Shown: positions 49,298 to 62,100 of the stretch, piece after piece
Layout: the number at the start of each line of letters is the position of its first letter
How positions within the stretch are numbered: the stretch's first letter is position 1
From: Scenedesmus sp. PABB004
Lineage: Eukaryota
Reading direction: 5' to 3'
NCBI GenBank assembly: GCA_014905635.1
Contig: JABVCE010000002.1
Coordinates: 62,001 to 126,000, forward strand
DNA: 64,000 nucleotides
The notes under the pieces: generated by a model
Database searches by the model: none
Seen by the model: the letters and a program-made list of their open reading frames with translations, nothing else
What the model was told of the DNA's origin: nothing
Program-made: the position numbers and the translations under genes

Positions 49298-50649
49298 ATG
49301 CTGCTGCAGAGGTGCGGGCCGGGCACGGGCCTGCGTGGCAGTGGTCGGCGGCGGGCCGTTGCACGAGAGCGTCTCACGCCCCGTCCGCACCTGCCCGCAG
49401 CTCGATGCCCCGGCGCGTGCGCCTCAAGCCGGCGAGCTTGATTCAGTCGCGGGGCGGCCCGCTGCGCATCACCACCGGGCCGGCCCACCACCGCGACGCG
49501 CAGGCCGCTGGGCTGGCCTGGTACACCACCCGGCCGGCCGCCGGGGACCGCGGCGCGGCGGCCCTGGCAGACATGGGCCTCGTCGCGCACAGCCCGTCCG
49601 GCGAGCGCAACCGCTGCGCGCCGCGCGCGCTGGCGGTGGCCGCCGCCCAGCGGGACGACGGCCAGCTGTGCGGCGTGGACTGCCGCGCCGCGTGCGCCGC
49701 CGGCGGGGCTGCGTTCGAGGCCGTCGTCGAGCAGCTGTTCGCGCTGATGGTCGGGGTCTGGCAGCTCTGCAAAGAGCAGGTGCGGCGCCGCCGCCGCGCG
49801 CGGACAGCTCGGCGCGGCGCAGCGAGGCCTGCGCCGGCCGCGCGCTCGCGCTCGCGCTCGCTGCAAGGCCCGCCGCGCTTGCACACACTGCCCGCCGCCG
49901 CCGCTGTTGTGCGTGCGCCACAGGCTGAGCCGAACAGCGGGCTGCTCAAGCTCCTCACCGGCGCGATCTCGTCAGCGCGCAACGGCGAGATGCTCACCGA
50001 CGAGGCGGTCGGCATCGCCGCGGCGGCGCTGCTCGGCGAGCCGGTCATGATCGTGCGCCACGCCGACGAGCGCGTCACCGCGGCGGTCCACTTCCCGCCC
50101 AACGCCATGCCCAGCCCCGCCGAGGTCGCCGCCACGCGCGAGGTGACGGCGCCCTGCGCGCTGTGGGTGGAGCGCGAACACTTCAGCGTGCTGCAGGCGC
50201 AGACCGGCAGCGGGGCGCGCGTGTTTGGGCTGTTTGACGGGGCCGTCAGCATGCTCGGCCACGGCGTGTACGCCGCGGACGTGCTCATCTGCGCCGAGGC
50301 GGCCGTCGTGCGCGCGCGCGACGCCGACGGTGAGCGGCGGGCGCGCGGCAGCAGGCGCGCGGGCGCCGGCCGGGGCGACGCTGATATTTGGGCCGTCCGC
50401 CCGCACCGTCGCAGCGTGCCTGCGGGCCGTGCACGGCAGCAGCGGCGTCAACGTGTGCGCCGGCCTGCCACCGCCGCCGCCAAGCCGGCAGCCGGTCGCC
50501 GCTGCCGCGCGCCGCGGCAGCAGCGCTAGCAGCAGCAGCAGCGGCGCCGGTGGCGCCGGCGGCGGCAGCAGCAGCAGCGGCGCCAGCAGCAGCGGTGCCG
50601 GCAGCGGCGGCGTGAGCGCGAGCAGCAGCGGCAGCGGCGGCGCGAGCTT

Positions 50650-50681
<32 letters not shown>

Positions 50682-51835
50682 GGCCGCCGCCCACGAGCGG
50701 CAGCAACAGCAGCGGCGGCGGCGGCGGCGCAGGGGCGCTGGCGGCGCGTGCGCCGCCGGCTGCCGCTGCAACCAAGGCGGCGGGGCCGGCGGCGCCTAGC
50801 CGCACCCGCGAGGCGCTCGCGCCGCGCGGGGAGCAGGCGCCGCCGCGGCCGCAGCCGAGCACGCTGCACGAGGTGCGCGTGCAGAACGGTGACAGCGCAA
50901 TGGTGCGGGAGGCGATCCAGCGCTCGCAGCGCCTGCAGCAGCGGGGGCAGGCGTCGCCGGCCGCCGACCGCCAGGCGTCGGCGGCCCCGGCCGCGCGCGC
51001 GCCGGCCAGCGCGCCGGCGGCCAGCAAGCCCCGGGCGGCGGCGCGCTCAGCGCGGCGGCAGCGCTGCGCGCTCTCCCGTGCCGAGGCGGAGGATACCAGC
51101 GGCGGCGGCGGCGAGCCCGTGCGGCCGCCGCGGCGGCAGCAGTCTGCCGAGGAGGAGGCGGCGGCCTACAAGCGCCGGTGCGCCGCGGAGCAGCGCCGCC
51201 GCGACTACGAGGAGGAGCAGGCGCGCCGGCGCGCGCGGGCCTGCGCGGAGCAGCAGCAGGCGCGGGCCAGGCGCGCCGCGACCGCGGCGGCCGCAGCGGC
51301 GGTGGCGGCCGAGCAGGCGGCCGCGCGCGACGCCGCGCGGGAGCGCCGGAGGGCAGCCAAGGCGGCGGCGCGCGAGCAGGTGTGGGCTGCCTGCTCCGCG
51401 TGCCCGGAGCGCGAGCAGGGCACCGCGGACGCGGCGCGGCTCGCGGAGCTGCAGTCCGCAGAGCTCGCGACGCTGCAGCACCTGCTGAGCGCGCCCGTGC
51501 GGCGCGGCGGCGACGACCTGCTCAGCAGGCTGCAGCGGCGCGAGCAGCGTGTGGAGCTGGAGCTGCAGCGCGGCGCCGACGGGCAGAGCGCGGTCGTGAC
51601 GGGGCCCGCGCCGGCGGCAGCGGCGCCGGCGCTGCCGGCCGGCGAGCGCGACGGCTGCGCCGCGCCCGCAGGCTCACGGCGCGCGGCGCGGGGCCGCCGG
51701 CATGGCGGGCAGCGATCAGCGGGCCCTCGGGCAAGCAGCGGCGCGTGCGGGGCGGGACGGCAGCGGCTCCGCACGCGGCGTGCGCAGATCGGCCGGCGAG
51801 CGGCCCTTTTAGCCAATGACACGGCGTGCACTTGA
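49298..51835 (+). CDS. Putative divergent OTU-like cysteine protease with long Ser/Gly/Pro-rich and coiled-coil C-terminus, 4 exons
   Basis: Three GT-AG introns keep frame; HSPSGERNRCAPRALAVA (Cys box-like), GEMLTDEAVGIAAAALLGEPVMIV, CALWVEREHFSVL (His box-like). Confidence 0.5.
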
Positions 51836-52018
51836 CCCGGTTTTCCCGCCCTCAAATATAGGGCGCCGTCGGTCTCATCCGCTGGGGTTTGGCCCCACCG
51901 CCGCCGGCCGCCGCCGCACCGACGCGCCCCGCCGCCGCCGCCGCCGGGGCGCGCGCAGTGCAGCGGCGCCTGCTCCCTGCGCCGGCAGGCGCCGCCCTTG
52001 CCTTGCCGCCGCCCTCGC

Positions 52019-53069
52019 TCACGACGGCGGCGGCGCCGCCGCCAGCAGCGCCGCGACGCACTCGCGCAGCGCGCCGCGCTGGCGCGCGCGGCGGCGCTCG
52101 GCCGCGCCCGCGCCCCCGTCGCCGCGTGCGGCCGCAGCGTCGTCGAACGCGCCGCCGCCGCCGCCGCCCGCCCACCACGCGCGCAGGTCGGGCAGCGTGT
52201 CGACGTCGGCCAGGCGCGGCAGGCCGCCGGGCGGCGCGAGGCGCAGCCCGAGCGCGCGCGCCGCCGCGGCCGTGCGGTCGCAGACGCTGTCGGTGCTCCA
52301 GGCCACGCCGGCGAAGAGGCGCCCCGCGTCGACGCGCGGGTCGGCCAGCGCGGCGGCGCTGAGGCCGAGCAGGTAGAAGCCGCCGTCGAGCGCGGGGCCG
52401 AGCACCACGTCGCAGGCCCCGCCCGACAGCAGGCCCGCCGCGGCGCGCAGCACGCCGGCGGAGAGGTCGGGCACGTCGCTGCCGACCACGACCGCGCCGG
52501 CAAACGGCTGGCGCGGCTCATGCTGCACCTGCAGCTGCTCCTGTTGCCGCCCCAGCTGCTGCTGCTGCTGCTCTTGCTGCCGCCCCGGCTCGGGCTGCTG
52601 CTGCTGCTCCTGCCGCGCTGGCCGGGCGTGGCGGTCGACCCGCGCCGCCGCCGCCAGCGCCGCCAGCATGCGCTCGCCCAGGTCGTCGCTCTGCAGCTGC
52701 ACCGACACCGGCAGCGGCGTGCCGAGCGCGTCCAGCCACGCCCGCATGCCGGGCGCCTCGTCGGGCGCGGCGCAGGAGACGCACGCGCCGACGGCGCTGC
52801 AGCTGCGGGCGAGCGGCGGCGCGTCGCTCGGCACGTTGGTGGTCGCTCGGTACGTTGGTGGCCCCCGCGGCGGCGCCTCTGCCGCTGCCGCGGCGCCGCC
52901 AGGCCCCGCGCCCCCACCTGGCGGCCTCCGCAAACGTCGCCGCTGCGCACGCCGCGTAAAACGCGGCCGCTCCCTCGCCGCCGATCCCCGCGGCGAGGCG
53001 CGTCTTGGTGCGACCCGGGACTGGAAGCCGGGCAAACACGACGAGTGCCACGGGCTGCTGGGCGGGCAT
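52019..53069 (-). CDS. DUF2064 / TIGR04282-type CofC-like glycosyltransferase, 2 exons
   Basis: LVVFARLPVPGRTKTRLAAGIG, QSDDLGERM, VVVGSDVPDL, DVVLGPALDGGFYLLGL, LFAGVAWST, LADVDTLPDL. Confidence 0.92.
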
Positions 53070-53232
53070 GTGGCCTGGCCGGCGCGCGGCAGCAGCGCCG
53101 CTGCCGGCGCCAGCGAGCCACGGCGAGCCCGGTTTGATCGAACGAGCAGCGCACGCTTCTGCTCAGCGTGTGGCTTTGCCGGGCGCGGGAGGCAGCAGCG
53201 CCGCACGCGGTTCAAGCTTTGCACCGCTCCCG

Positions 53233-54546
53233 CTACCGCCGCTTGCCCTTCTTCTTCTTGGCCACCTTGCCCGCCTTCAACGCGCCGCCCTTGTGCTGCT
53301 TCTGCTTGCCCAGCTGCTTTTTCGACTGCTTCCCTGGCGGCTGCTGCTGCCCGCGCGCCTGCTTGCCCGGCCGCTGCCCGCCGCCGCCCGGCTGCGGCTC
53401 GCCGTCGCCGGCCTCCGACCCGCTGCCGCCGCCGGGCTCCGGCTCGTCGTCGCTGCGCGCGGGGCGCGGCGCGTGGGCGGCGGCACACGCGCGCGCGGGG
53501 CTCGCGGCCGCGCGGACCGTGTTCCCCACTGGCCCGCCCGCGCTGGCCCGGCTGGCCTGTTAGGCTCGCGGCGGCACGCCCGCGCGCGCGCGCCGCGCCC
53601 GCACCTGTCGCCCATGCTCATGCGCACGACCGACACGGTCGTCGTCAGCCCGCCCGCGCTGTACTGCTTCACCTCGGCGCGCGCCGCCGCGGCGTCGGGG
53701 TCGGCGCCGCCTGCGCGCGGCGCGGCGCGGCGCGGCGCGCGTCTGCGTCGCTCGCCGCGCCGCCACCCCCAGCGCGCCGCCGCCGCTGCTGCTCCCGCTG
53801 CGGAGCCCGCCGCCGGCGCCGGCGCCGCTGCCCGCAGCCGGCGCCGCCGCCGCTGCCCCGGCTCGCCAGGCCTGCCGCCCGCCGCCCGGGCGGCTCACCC
53901 TGCTCGCCGTCGCTGTCGTGCACGCCGTAGTCCTCCGGCAGGCCCAGCTGCGCCTTGAGCTCCTTGCGGCGCTGCGGACGGGCGGTCGGGCGCGAGCCGT
54001 GTGCGCCGCGGCACGCTGCGCGCCGTGGCCCGCCGCCAGCGCTCGCGCGCGCGCGCACCTCCGCGCGGTCCTGCACGCGCTGCTCCTTGGCCTTCTTGAC
54101 GTTTTGCCTGCCGCCGGCCAGCGAGGGGGGGGGGGGGGGGGGCGCCGCCGGTCGGTGAGGGACCGCGCGCGCGTGGCGGCGGCGAGCGCGGCGCTGCCGC
54201 GCTCGCGTGCGCGCGACCGCGCTCGCCGCCGCGGCGCCGCTGGCCGCGCGGCTCACTTCTCGGCCTCCTTGCGCCGCTGCTGCTTGCGCTTGCGGAAGCC
54301 CGTCACAAACTCCCTGCGCGGCGGCGCGGCGGCGTGAGCGGCGGCGGCAGCGGCGCCCCGCCGCGGCCGCCGGCGCGCGGCGGCGGCGCGCCGCCCACGC
54401 CTGTGGGCCTTGGGGTCGAACACCACCTCCAGGCCGCGCTGGCGGGCCTTGGCCTTCTTCACGTGGTTGATGGCCCCCCGCTCCTCGCCCACGCTGCGCG
54501 GGTTGAACGCCAGCGCATCGTAGTCGCGGTAGAGCGACGACTTCAT
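53233..54546 (-). CDS. RRP17/NOL12 (Nop25)-like nucleolar rRNA-processing protein, multi-exon
   Basis: LEVVFDPKAHR|EFVTGFRKRKQQRRKEA, TTTVSVV, Lys-rich C-terminus AKKKKGKRR*. Confidence 0.85.
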
Positions 54547-55196
54547 GCCCCGGGCGCCCCGCCGGGGGCAGCGAGTGCGCGGGCGGGCGGCGGCGCGGGG
54601 CGGCGACTGCGCAGCGGCGGGCGGGCCGGGCGGCAGCGGCGGCGGCGTTCGGGCTGCGCGTCGTGTGGCGAGTGGGGCTGGGAGTGCGGGGCCGGTGTGG
54701 CGGGACGGGCCGGTGTGGTTGCGGGCGGCGGGGCAGCGGCTGCTCGTCACGGCGGGGCGTCAGTGCGGCGGCTCAACGAAACCGAGACGCAAGCGCTGTG
54801 AGACTGCGGGCGCGGGCCCGGCGCGATCCACAGCCCTCCGCGACCCGCCGCCGCCGCCGCAACGCAGCCGGCGCCACGGCCGCGCCGCGGCGTTTGCCGG
54901 CCGCCCCGCCTCCCCCTCCCGGCGCCGTCGCGCTCGGCGCGCCGTGCACCGCTGATTGTTGCCGCCGAGCTCTCAGCTGTCATCTGGCAGCTCGCAGCGA
55001 CCCGCGCACCCTTCAGAGCTGCCCTGGTCCCGGAGAGCCCCTCTCCGGGGACCATCGGCGGGAGGCTGCCCCTCTCCGCGCTCCACGGGCGCCCCCGGGC
55101 TCCGCGCCGCTCACTCAGCTGTCCCTTGTCCCACGCCAGGCACGACGCGCGCCGGCGACGACCCCGCGCGTGCCCCGCGCGAGCAGCGTGACCACG

Positions 55197-55869
55197 ATGG
55201 CCTCGCGCTCGTGCCCTTTCGCGAGCCTCAGCGAGGCCAAGTGCCCGTTCGCGGCCGCGACGCACGGCATCAGCCCGTCGAGCAGCTGTGACAGCCTCAC
55301 GGAGCCGCTGGACGCGGCGGCGGCGCGCGCCGTGGGCGCTGCCAGCCGGTGCGCGGCGGGCGGCACCGAGGCCGCCCGGCCCGGCGGCGCTGGCAGCACC
55401 GCCAGCAGCAGCAGCGGCACCGCCAGCAGCAGAACCAGCACCACCGACAGCAGCAGAACCAGCACCACCGCCAGCAGCGGCAGCACCAGCGCCAGCGGCA
55501 CCCACCAGGCGTGGGCGCTGCGCCGGCCCGCGCTCGCGGCGGACGCGGCCAAGCTCACGCGCCGTGAGCTGCGCGCGCTCGGGCGCTCCTGGACCCTCGC
55601 CGACGTCGCGGCGCACCGCTACGCGGACGACGGCTGGATCGCGGTCGGCGGCCAGGTCTATGACATCACTGAGCACGTCGTCAACCACCCGGGGTGGGAG
55701 AGCGGGTGCGGCGTGTCGACGGTGCTGAGCATCCTCGCGCACCTCGGCCGAGAGTGCAGCGCCGAGTTTGCCGACATCCACCGCAGCTACCCCGAGGCGT
55801 GGCGGCAGCTGCGCGCCTTTTACATCGGCGACCTGCAGCCCCCCGCGCCGGGCGGCGCCGCGGGCCCGA

Positions 55870-55908
<39 letters not shown>

Positions 55909-55919
55909 GCTGCAGCTGA
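55197..55919 (+). CDS. Cytochrome b5-like heme-binding domain protein, intronless
   Basis: WTLADVAAHRYADDGWIAVGGQVYDITEHVVNHPG...GRECSAEFADIH...LRAFYIGDL; both axial His present. Confidence 0.88.
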
Positions 55920-56193
55920 GCTCCCCCCTGCCGAGCGAGCGGATCCGGCCGCGTCCGGACGTGTGCGGAGTGTCTGCCGAGTGTGCTGAGTGTGCTCTGC
56001 TGCTTCCCTGCTTCCCGGCACAGCGGCGCCCGCCGGCGGCGCCGCGCGCCAAGCCGCATTCATCGGCGCAGCGCTGGAACGCGCTTTTTGGTTGAGCTGG
56101 CAGCGGGTGCTGAGAGACGCACGCGCCGAGCTCCCGGCTGGCCTGCAGCGTGCTGGACCTTTGCGTAAGAGCGTTGCCTCGTGCGAGCCGCAG

Positions 56194-57362
56194 TCAACGC
56201 GCCGCCGCGACCGCGCCACCGCCCGCCGCGCCCGCGCCCGCGCCGTCGGCCTCCGTGCCGCCGCTGGGCGGCGGCGGCGTGTCGAGGTAGGCCTGCGTGA
56301 CGTCGACGCCCCACACGCTGCGGTCGCGCGGCGCCCACGCGAGCGGGAAGGGCGTGCCGGTGCGGCGATACGAGGCCGCGTAGATCGCGTGCCAGGTGTC
56401 GCCTGGGCGCTGGCCCTTGGCGGGCTGGGGGAAGAACCAGGTCCGGTTGAACCCGCGGGCGTCAAACTCGGCCGCGCCTGCAGCGCCCGGGCAGCGCGCG
56501 GGCGCGCGTCGGCGCGAGCGGTCGCCGCCGGAGCGGGCGCGAGCTGGCGCCCACGCGCGGCGCGCGCGCGCGCCTGTGAAGGACCAGGCGCCGTCGTTCC
56601 AGACCTCGACCCAGTTGTGGTTGTTGAATCGCTCATGCGGCCCGTCGCGCCTGTCCACTAACCAGCTCGGCGTTCCAGCGACGCGCGCGGGGATGCCGAA
56701 AGCGCGGCACGCGTCGGCCAGGAAGATGGACAGCCCCGTGCAGCTCGCGTACCCCGCCGCCAGCACCTGGCGCGCGCGCGGGCGCCGCGGGCGGCGCGCT
56801 GAGCGCGCGGCGCGGGCAGCGCGCTGAGCGGCGACCGCGCGGCGCGGCGAGCGCGCGGCGCGGCGAGTTCGCGCGCGCTGCCGCGCCCGCGCCGCGCCTG
56901 GCCCGGGCTCATGATCTCCGGGCTCTTGTCAGGCACGAAGTGGATGCCGCCGCACGCGGCCCAGATGCCAGCGTTGAGGGCCTGCGCCGCGTCCGCCAGG
57001 CTCGCCGCGCCGGCCACGAGCGGCGCAAAGCGCTGCGCGAACAGCGGCCGCCACTCGATGTCGATGGGCTCGTCCAGCTGCCGGTGGGGCAGCACGTCGT
57101 TCAGGAAGATCTCCCACGGCACCGCCGCCGCCCAGGGCGTGGCGCGGCGCGCGGCGAGCGCGAGGCGCGCGTGGCGCAGCAGCAGGCCCCGCGACACCAC
57201 GCCGCGGTCGCGGGCCGGAAGGTTGCGCTCCAGGAAGGCCAGGCACTCCGCTTCCTCGGCCGTGGCCGGCGCGTCAGCACATGCGGCCCGCCACCGCACC
57301 GCTGCTGCTGCGCCGCCCGCAAGCAGCACGGCGGCGCAGAACGCGAGCCCCAGCGCGTTCAT
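56194..57362 (-). CDS. Secreted transglutaminase-like domain protein, 3 exons
   Basis: Signal peptide; VPWEIFLNDVLPHRQLDEP, GYASCTGLSIFLADACRAFGIPARVAGTPSW (Cys), NHNWVEVW (His). Confidence 0.88.
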
Positions 57363-57639
57363 CCTCGAGGGCTGGAACACACCCGCCGCGGGGCGCGATC
57401 TGGGCGCTGCTGAGGGGCTAGGTGCGGGGAGCTGGTGCGGCGGGAGCTGGTCGGTCGGCGGCGAACCCCACAACCGCAGCGCTTGCACATCTCTGGCATC
57501 GCACTCACACTCGCAGCACACAGCGTTCGTCACGCCACGGGAGCGTGGGGGCCGGCAGCACGCGAGGCGCGCCAGGGCGCGACAGCCCACGCCAGCAGCG
57601 GCGGCACCCGGCGCCGAGCGGGCGGCGCGCGGGAGCGCC

Positions 57640-58904
57640 ATGCGGGCTGCGCAGCGGACCCCGCAGCAGCGGCGCGGCGCCGCTGGCCCGGCGGCGCTGC
57701 ACGTCGCGCGGCGGCACCCGCCGGTCCGCCGCACCGCTGCTGCCGCGGCCGGCCAGGCCCGCGCGCGGCGAGCCTGGTGGCAAGCGCCGGCAGCGACGGG
57801 CGGCGGCGGCGCGACAGTTCAGGCCGCGGCCGAGCTCAAGGCCCAGCTCGCGGCCGCGGTGACGCGGCTGAACAGCGCAGCCCCCGGCGAGGCCGACGAC
57901 GCGCTGCGCCGGGAGCTGCTGGAGCTCGTGCGCGAGCTCGCGGCGGCAAACCCGACGCCGCGGCCGGCGGAGAGTGCACGGATCAACGGGCGGTGCGCGC
58001 GCGCGCGCGCGCGCGCAGCTGCCAGCCCTGCCAGCCCTGCTCGGCGCGCGAGGCGCGCCGCCGCGGACCGGCGCGCGCCGCCGCCGCTCGGCCAGGTGGG
58101 TGCTGCTGTGCACGCTGCCCGACGCGGCCAAGGCCGACGTGCAGCGCTCGCCGCTCAACGCCGCGCTCGCGGCCGCGTACAACTTCTTCTATGAGTGAGC
58201 CCACGAGGCGCCTGCTGGCTGGGCGCCTGCTGGGCTGGGCGCCTGCCGGCGCACCAGCGCGCGGCGCGCGTGCGTGCCGCGCTGGGGGCGCTCACCACCC
58301 GCCGCCGCCGGCGCGCCCCGCCGCCGTGGGCGCGCCCCGCCGGCGCCGCGCAGGTACGTGCCCATCATCGCCGGCTCCGCCGTCGGGCGCCGCGCGAGCC
58401 GCCGCGCCGTGCAGGCACGCGGCAATTTCCAGACGTTTGACACCGCGCGCGGCTGGGTCGGCAACCAGGCGCGGTTCGAGGCGCTCGGGCGTGCGGGGCG
58501 GGTTGACGTCGACGGCCCCGCCCAAATCGCACCCACGCCCGGCGGCGAGCGCATCACCGCGACCTTCACGGAGGCGTCGCTCACGTGGGGCCCCCTCAGG
58601 CGCGGCGCGGCGCGCCCCGGGGGCGCGGGGGTGTGCGCCGCCGTGCCTGCCGCCGCCGCGCCGCGCCCACGCGCCGCGCCGCCGCAGGGTCCCGTTCCCC
58701 ATCGGCGCCATCGCGCCCTCTGGCTACATCGACACGCTGTACCTCGATGACGACCTGCGCATCAGCAAGGGCGACAAGGGGAGGTGCGCGCGGCGCGCCG
58801 CCGCGCGGCGCAACCGGCGCGCGGGCGGCGCTGACCGCGCCGCGCCGCGCACGCCGCGCAGCATCTTCATCGCGCGCCGCGCCGACAAAAACGACGACGC
58901 GTGA
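57640..58904 (+). CDS. PAP/fibrillin (plastid lipid-associated) family protein, 5 exons
   Basis: ELKAQL, ELAAANPTPRPAESARINGR|WVLL, RITATFTEA, GYIDTLYLDDDLRISKGDKG|SIFIARR. Confidence 0.9.
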
Positions 58905-59194
58905 GGGCGGCGCGGGTCGCCTGCGGCTGCCGGCGACACAGCATCCCGTTGCGTTCTTTTTTGTGACGGGGCGTGGCTAAACCTCGGTGCCGGCGCAAGT
59001 TTGGGTGTGCTCATGAGCTCGTTGTGTGCTCACGAGCTCTTTGACTCGAGAGCGCCGCCCCCGCAGCGCCGCCGCACAGCCCGCCAGCCGCGCGCGCCGC
59101 GCCGCGCAGCGCCGAGTCGTCGCGCAGCCCGCGCGCCCAGCAGCCGCATCAGCCGCACCAGGCCGAGAGCGCACCCGCAACCGGGCCCTGGTGC

Positions 59195-62100
59195 ATGCGC
59201 GCCGTCGTCAGCGGGCTCGCCCTCGCCACGCGCCCGTTCGCGGCGGCGCGAGCGGCGGCAGCGGCCCGGCGCGGCGCCTCCGTCGCCGCGGGCAGCGCTG
59301 TGGGGCGCCCCTGCGTCGCGCACATGCAGGGCTCGAGCACGAGTCGTGCGGGGGCCGCGGCGCCGGCCGCGGCGGCCCCGCGCGGCCGCCAGCCACAGCC
59401 TGGCGGCGCCGCGCTCGTGCCGTTCGCAGCCCGCGCGGACCCTGCGCCCTGCGCCCTGGACGCCCCGTGCGCCGAGCCGTCGCCCCTCGAGCTGGCGGCG
59501 ACGGCGGGCGCGCCTGCGGCGATCGGGCGCGGCGCGCCAGCAGCGATGACGATGCCGTCGCCGGGCACGCCCGGGCAGCCCGGTGGCGGCCGGGCGGCCA
59601 AGCGCCGCCGCTCGCAGGCGCAGGCGCTGGAGGAGAGCCAGGCGTTCTGGCGGCGCCTGGCAGAGGAGGAGGATGAGCAGGAGGAGCACGTGCAGGAGGG
59701 CGCGGCGGCGCCCGCCACGCCCGCGCCCGCCCGCCGCAGCGGCAAGCGCAAGGCGGGCGGGGGCGCCGCCGGCACGGAGCAGCAGGCCGCCGCTGGGGCG
59801 GCAGAGCTGCCGCCGGCGCAGGCGCCCCCGCGCCGCACGCGGGGCAGCACGGCCGCGGCCGCCGCGGCTGCCACGGCGGCGGCGGCCGCGGCGGCGGTGG
59901 GCGGCGAGTCCGCGCCCGCGCCGCCGCCGCCGCCGGCCAAGCCCAAGCGCGCGCGGCGCAAGAGCAGCGGCGGCGCCGCGCCGGCGGGCGGCGGCGAGGG
60001 CGGCGGCGCTGCCGCGCCGGCGCCGCGCCGCAGCAAGAAGGCGGTCGCAGCCGAGGTCATTGAGGCGGCGCGGGGTGGCGTGTTTGGCCCGCTCTCCGCG
60101 CTCGCCTACGGCCACATCGCCCGCTTTGTCAGCGCCGAGCACGCGCAGCGCTGGGCGGCCGCGCTGGCGGGCGAGGCGGCCGGCGGCGGCGCCGCGGAGG
60201 CGGGGCCCGCCGCAGAGGCGGGCGGCGCGACGCTGTGCCGCGCGGCGGCGCTGGGCAGCCACCGGCAGCAGGTGTGGCTGCTCCCGCTGCCGGGGACGCA
60301 GCGGTGCCTGCCAAACCTGGGGTACGCCTGCCTGAACCAGGTGCGCCGCGCGCCGCGCGCCCAGTCGGCTGCCCGCCCGCGCGCGCGCGCGCCCTGAGCT
60401 GACCCGCGCCGCCCGCGCGCGCGCCCGCGCACCTCTACGCGCCGCGCCGCGCCGCCCGGCAGACGCTGCGGGGGTACGGCTCGTTCACGTCGCGCGACGC
60501 GGTCAAGGCGACGCGCTACGGGCCGGACGGCCTGGCCAAGATGAGCGCGCTCATGCTGGCCAACGCGCGGTGGGGCTCACGGGGCGGCGGCGCCGGCGGC
60601 GCGCGCGGCCTGTCAGGCGGCCCAGCAGCGCTTGCCTGCGCAACCTCGCAGCGGTACCTGCCCGGCCCAGGAGGCCTCCCTCGCGCGGGGCGCGCGCCGC
60701 GCCCGAGCTCCCCGCCGCACCCGCCGCCGCCGCACCCGCCGCCGCCGGCAGCGACCTGGTGCCGCTGCTGTGCTGGAACGAGGCGCACGGCATCCGCTTT
60801 TTCCGGCTGAGCAGCGGCATCTGTCCCTGGATGTCCACGCTACAGCCGCAGGAGCTGCCCGACTGGCCCGCCATCAGGCAGGCGCTGCGCGAGGCGGGCG
60901 ACATCGCGCGGGCGCACGGGCACCGCCTGACCTTCCACCCCTCCGAGTTTTGCAAGATCGCCGGCATGCGCGAGGAGTGCGTGGCGCGCGGCGGGCGCGC
61001 GGCGCGCGCCGCCGCGCCGGGCCCGCGCTGCGGGCGCGCGCTGCGTGCGGGCGTGACACGCCGCCGCCGCGCCGCCGCGCCGCGCCGCGCCGCGCCGCGC
61101 CCGGCCCGCCCGCGCGCTGCCTGCCAGCTGGGTCGCTGGCTCGGTGCGCGAGCTCGAGGTGCACAGCCTCATCTTTGACGAGATGGGCTTCCTGCCGGCG
61201 AGCCCCCACAACAAGATCAACATCCACGTCGGCGGCGCCATGGGTGACAAGGCCGCCGCGCTCGGCCGCTTCAGCAAGGCGCGCCGCCGCCGGCCGCGCG
61301 CGCGCGCGGCGCCCGCCGGCCGCAGGACGCCGCGCCCGCGGCGCCGGCCCGCCGGCCGACGGGCTGCCCGCCGCGCCGCGCCGCTGCGCCGCAGGTCGTC
61401 AACGAGCGGCTGAGCGCGCGCTGCCGCGCGCGGCTCGCGGTTGAGAACGACGACCGCGCGTCGCTCTTCAGCGTGGCAGACCTCCTCGCCGTGCACGCCG
61501 CGACCGGCATCCCCATCACGTTTGACTTCCACCACCACAAGTTCAACTCGGGCGGGCTGAGCGAGGACGCGGCACTGCGCGCGGCGGCCGCGACGTGGCC
61601 CGCGGGCGTGCGCCCCGTCGTGCACTGGTCGGAGAGCCCCGAGGACCCAAGCAAGAAGCGCCACGCGCACAGCGGTGCGCCGCGCAGCCCCCGGCGCCCC
61701 TGGCGCCCGGCCAAGCTGCGCGGCGCCGCGGGGGGCGCGCCGGCCCCGCGCCCGCGCGCGCGCGCCCGGTCCGCTCGCGGCGCCCACGCCGCGCCCGCGC
61801 CGCTGTCGCTCCCCCGCAGAGTACGTCGACGGGCCCATGGACCTGCACGGCCTGGAGGCGGAGGTGGACGTGATGATTGAGAGCAAGGGCAAGGTGCGGC
61901 GGCGGCGCGCGCGCTGGCGTGCCGGCAGCGCGCGCTGGCGCTGCGCCTCGCTGGGAGCCCAGCGCCGCGGACGGCGCGGCCCGAGCGCGCACCCGCTCCG
62001 CCCCGTCGCGCGGCCCCCCAGGAGTTTGCGCTGCTCGAGTTCCGGCAGGCCATGCTGGAGGGCTGGGCGCAGGGCCCGCGGGCGCGCCACTCCGCGCACG

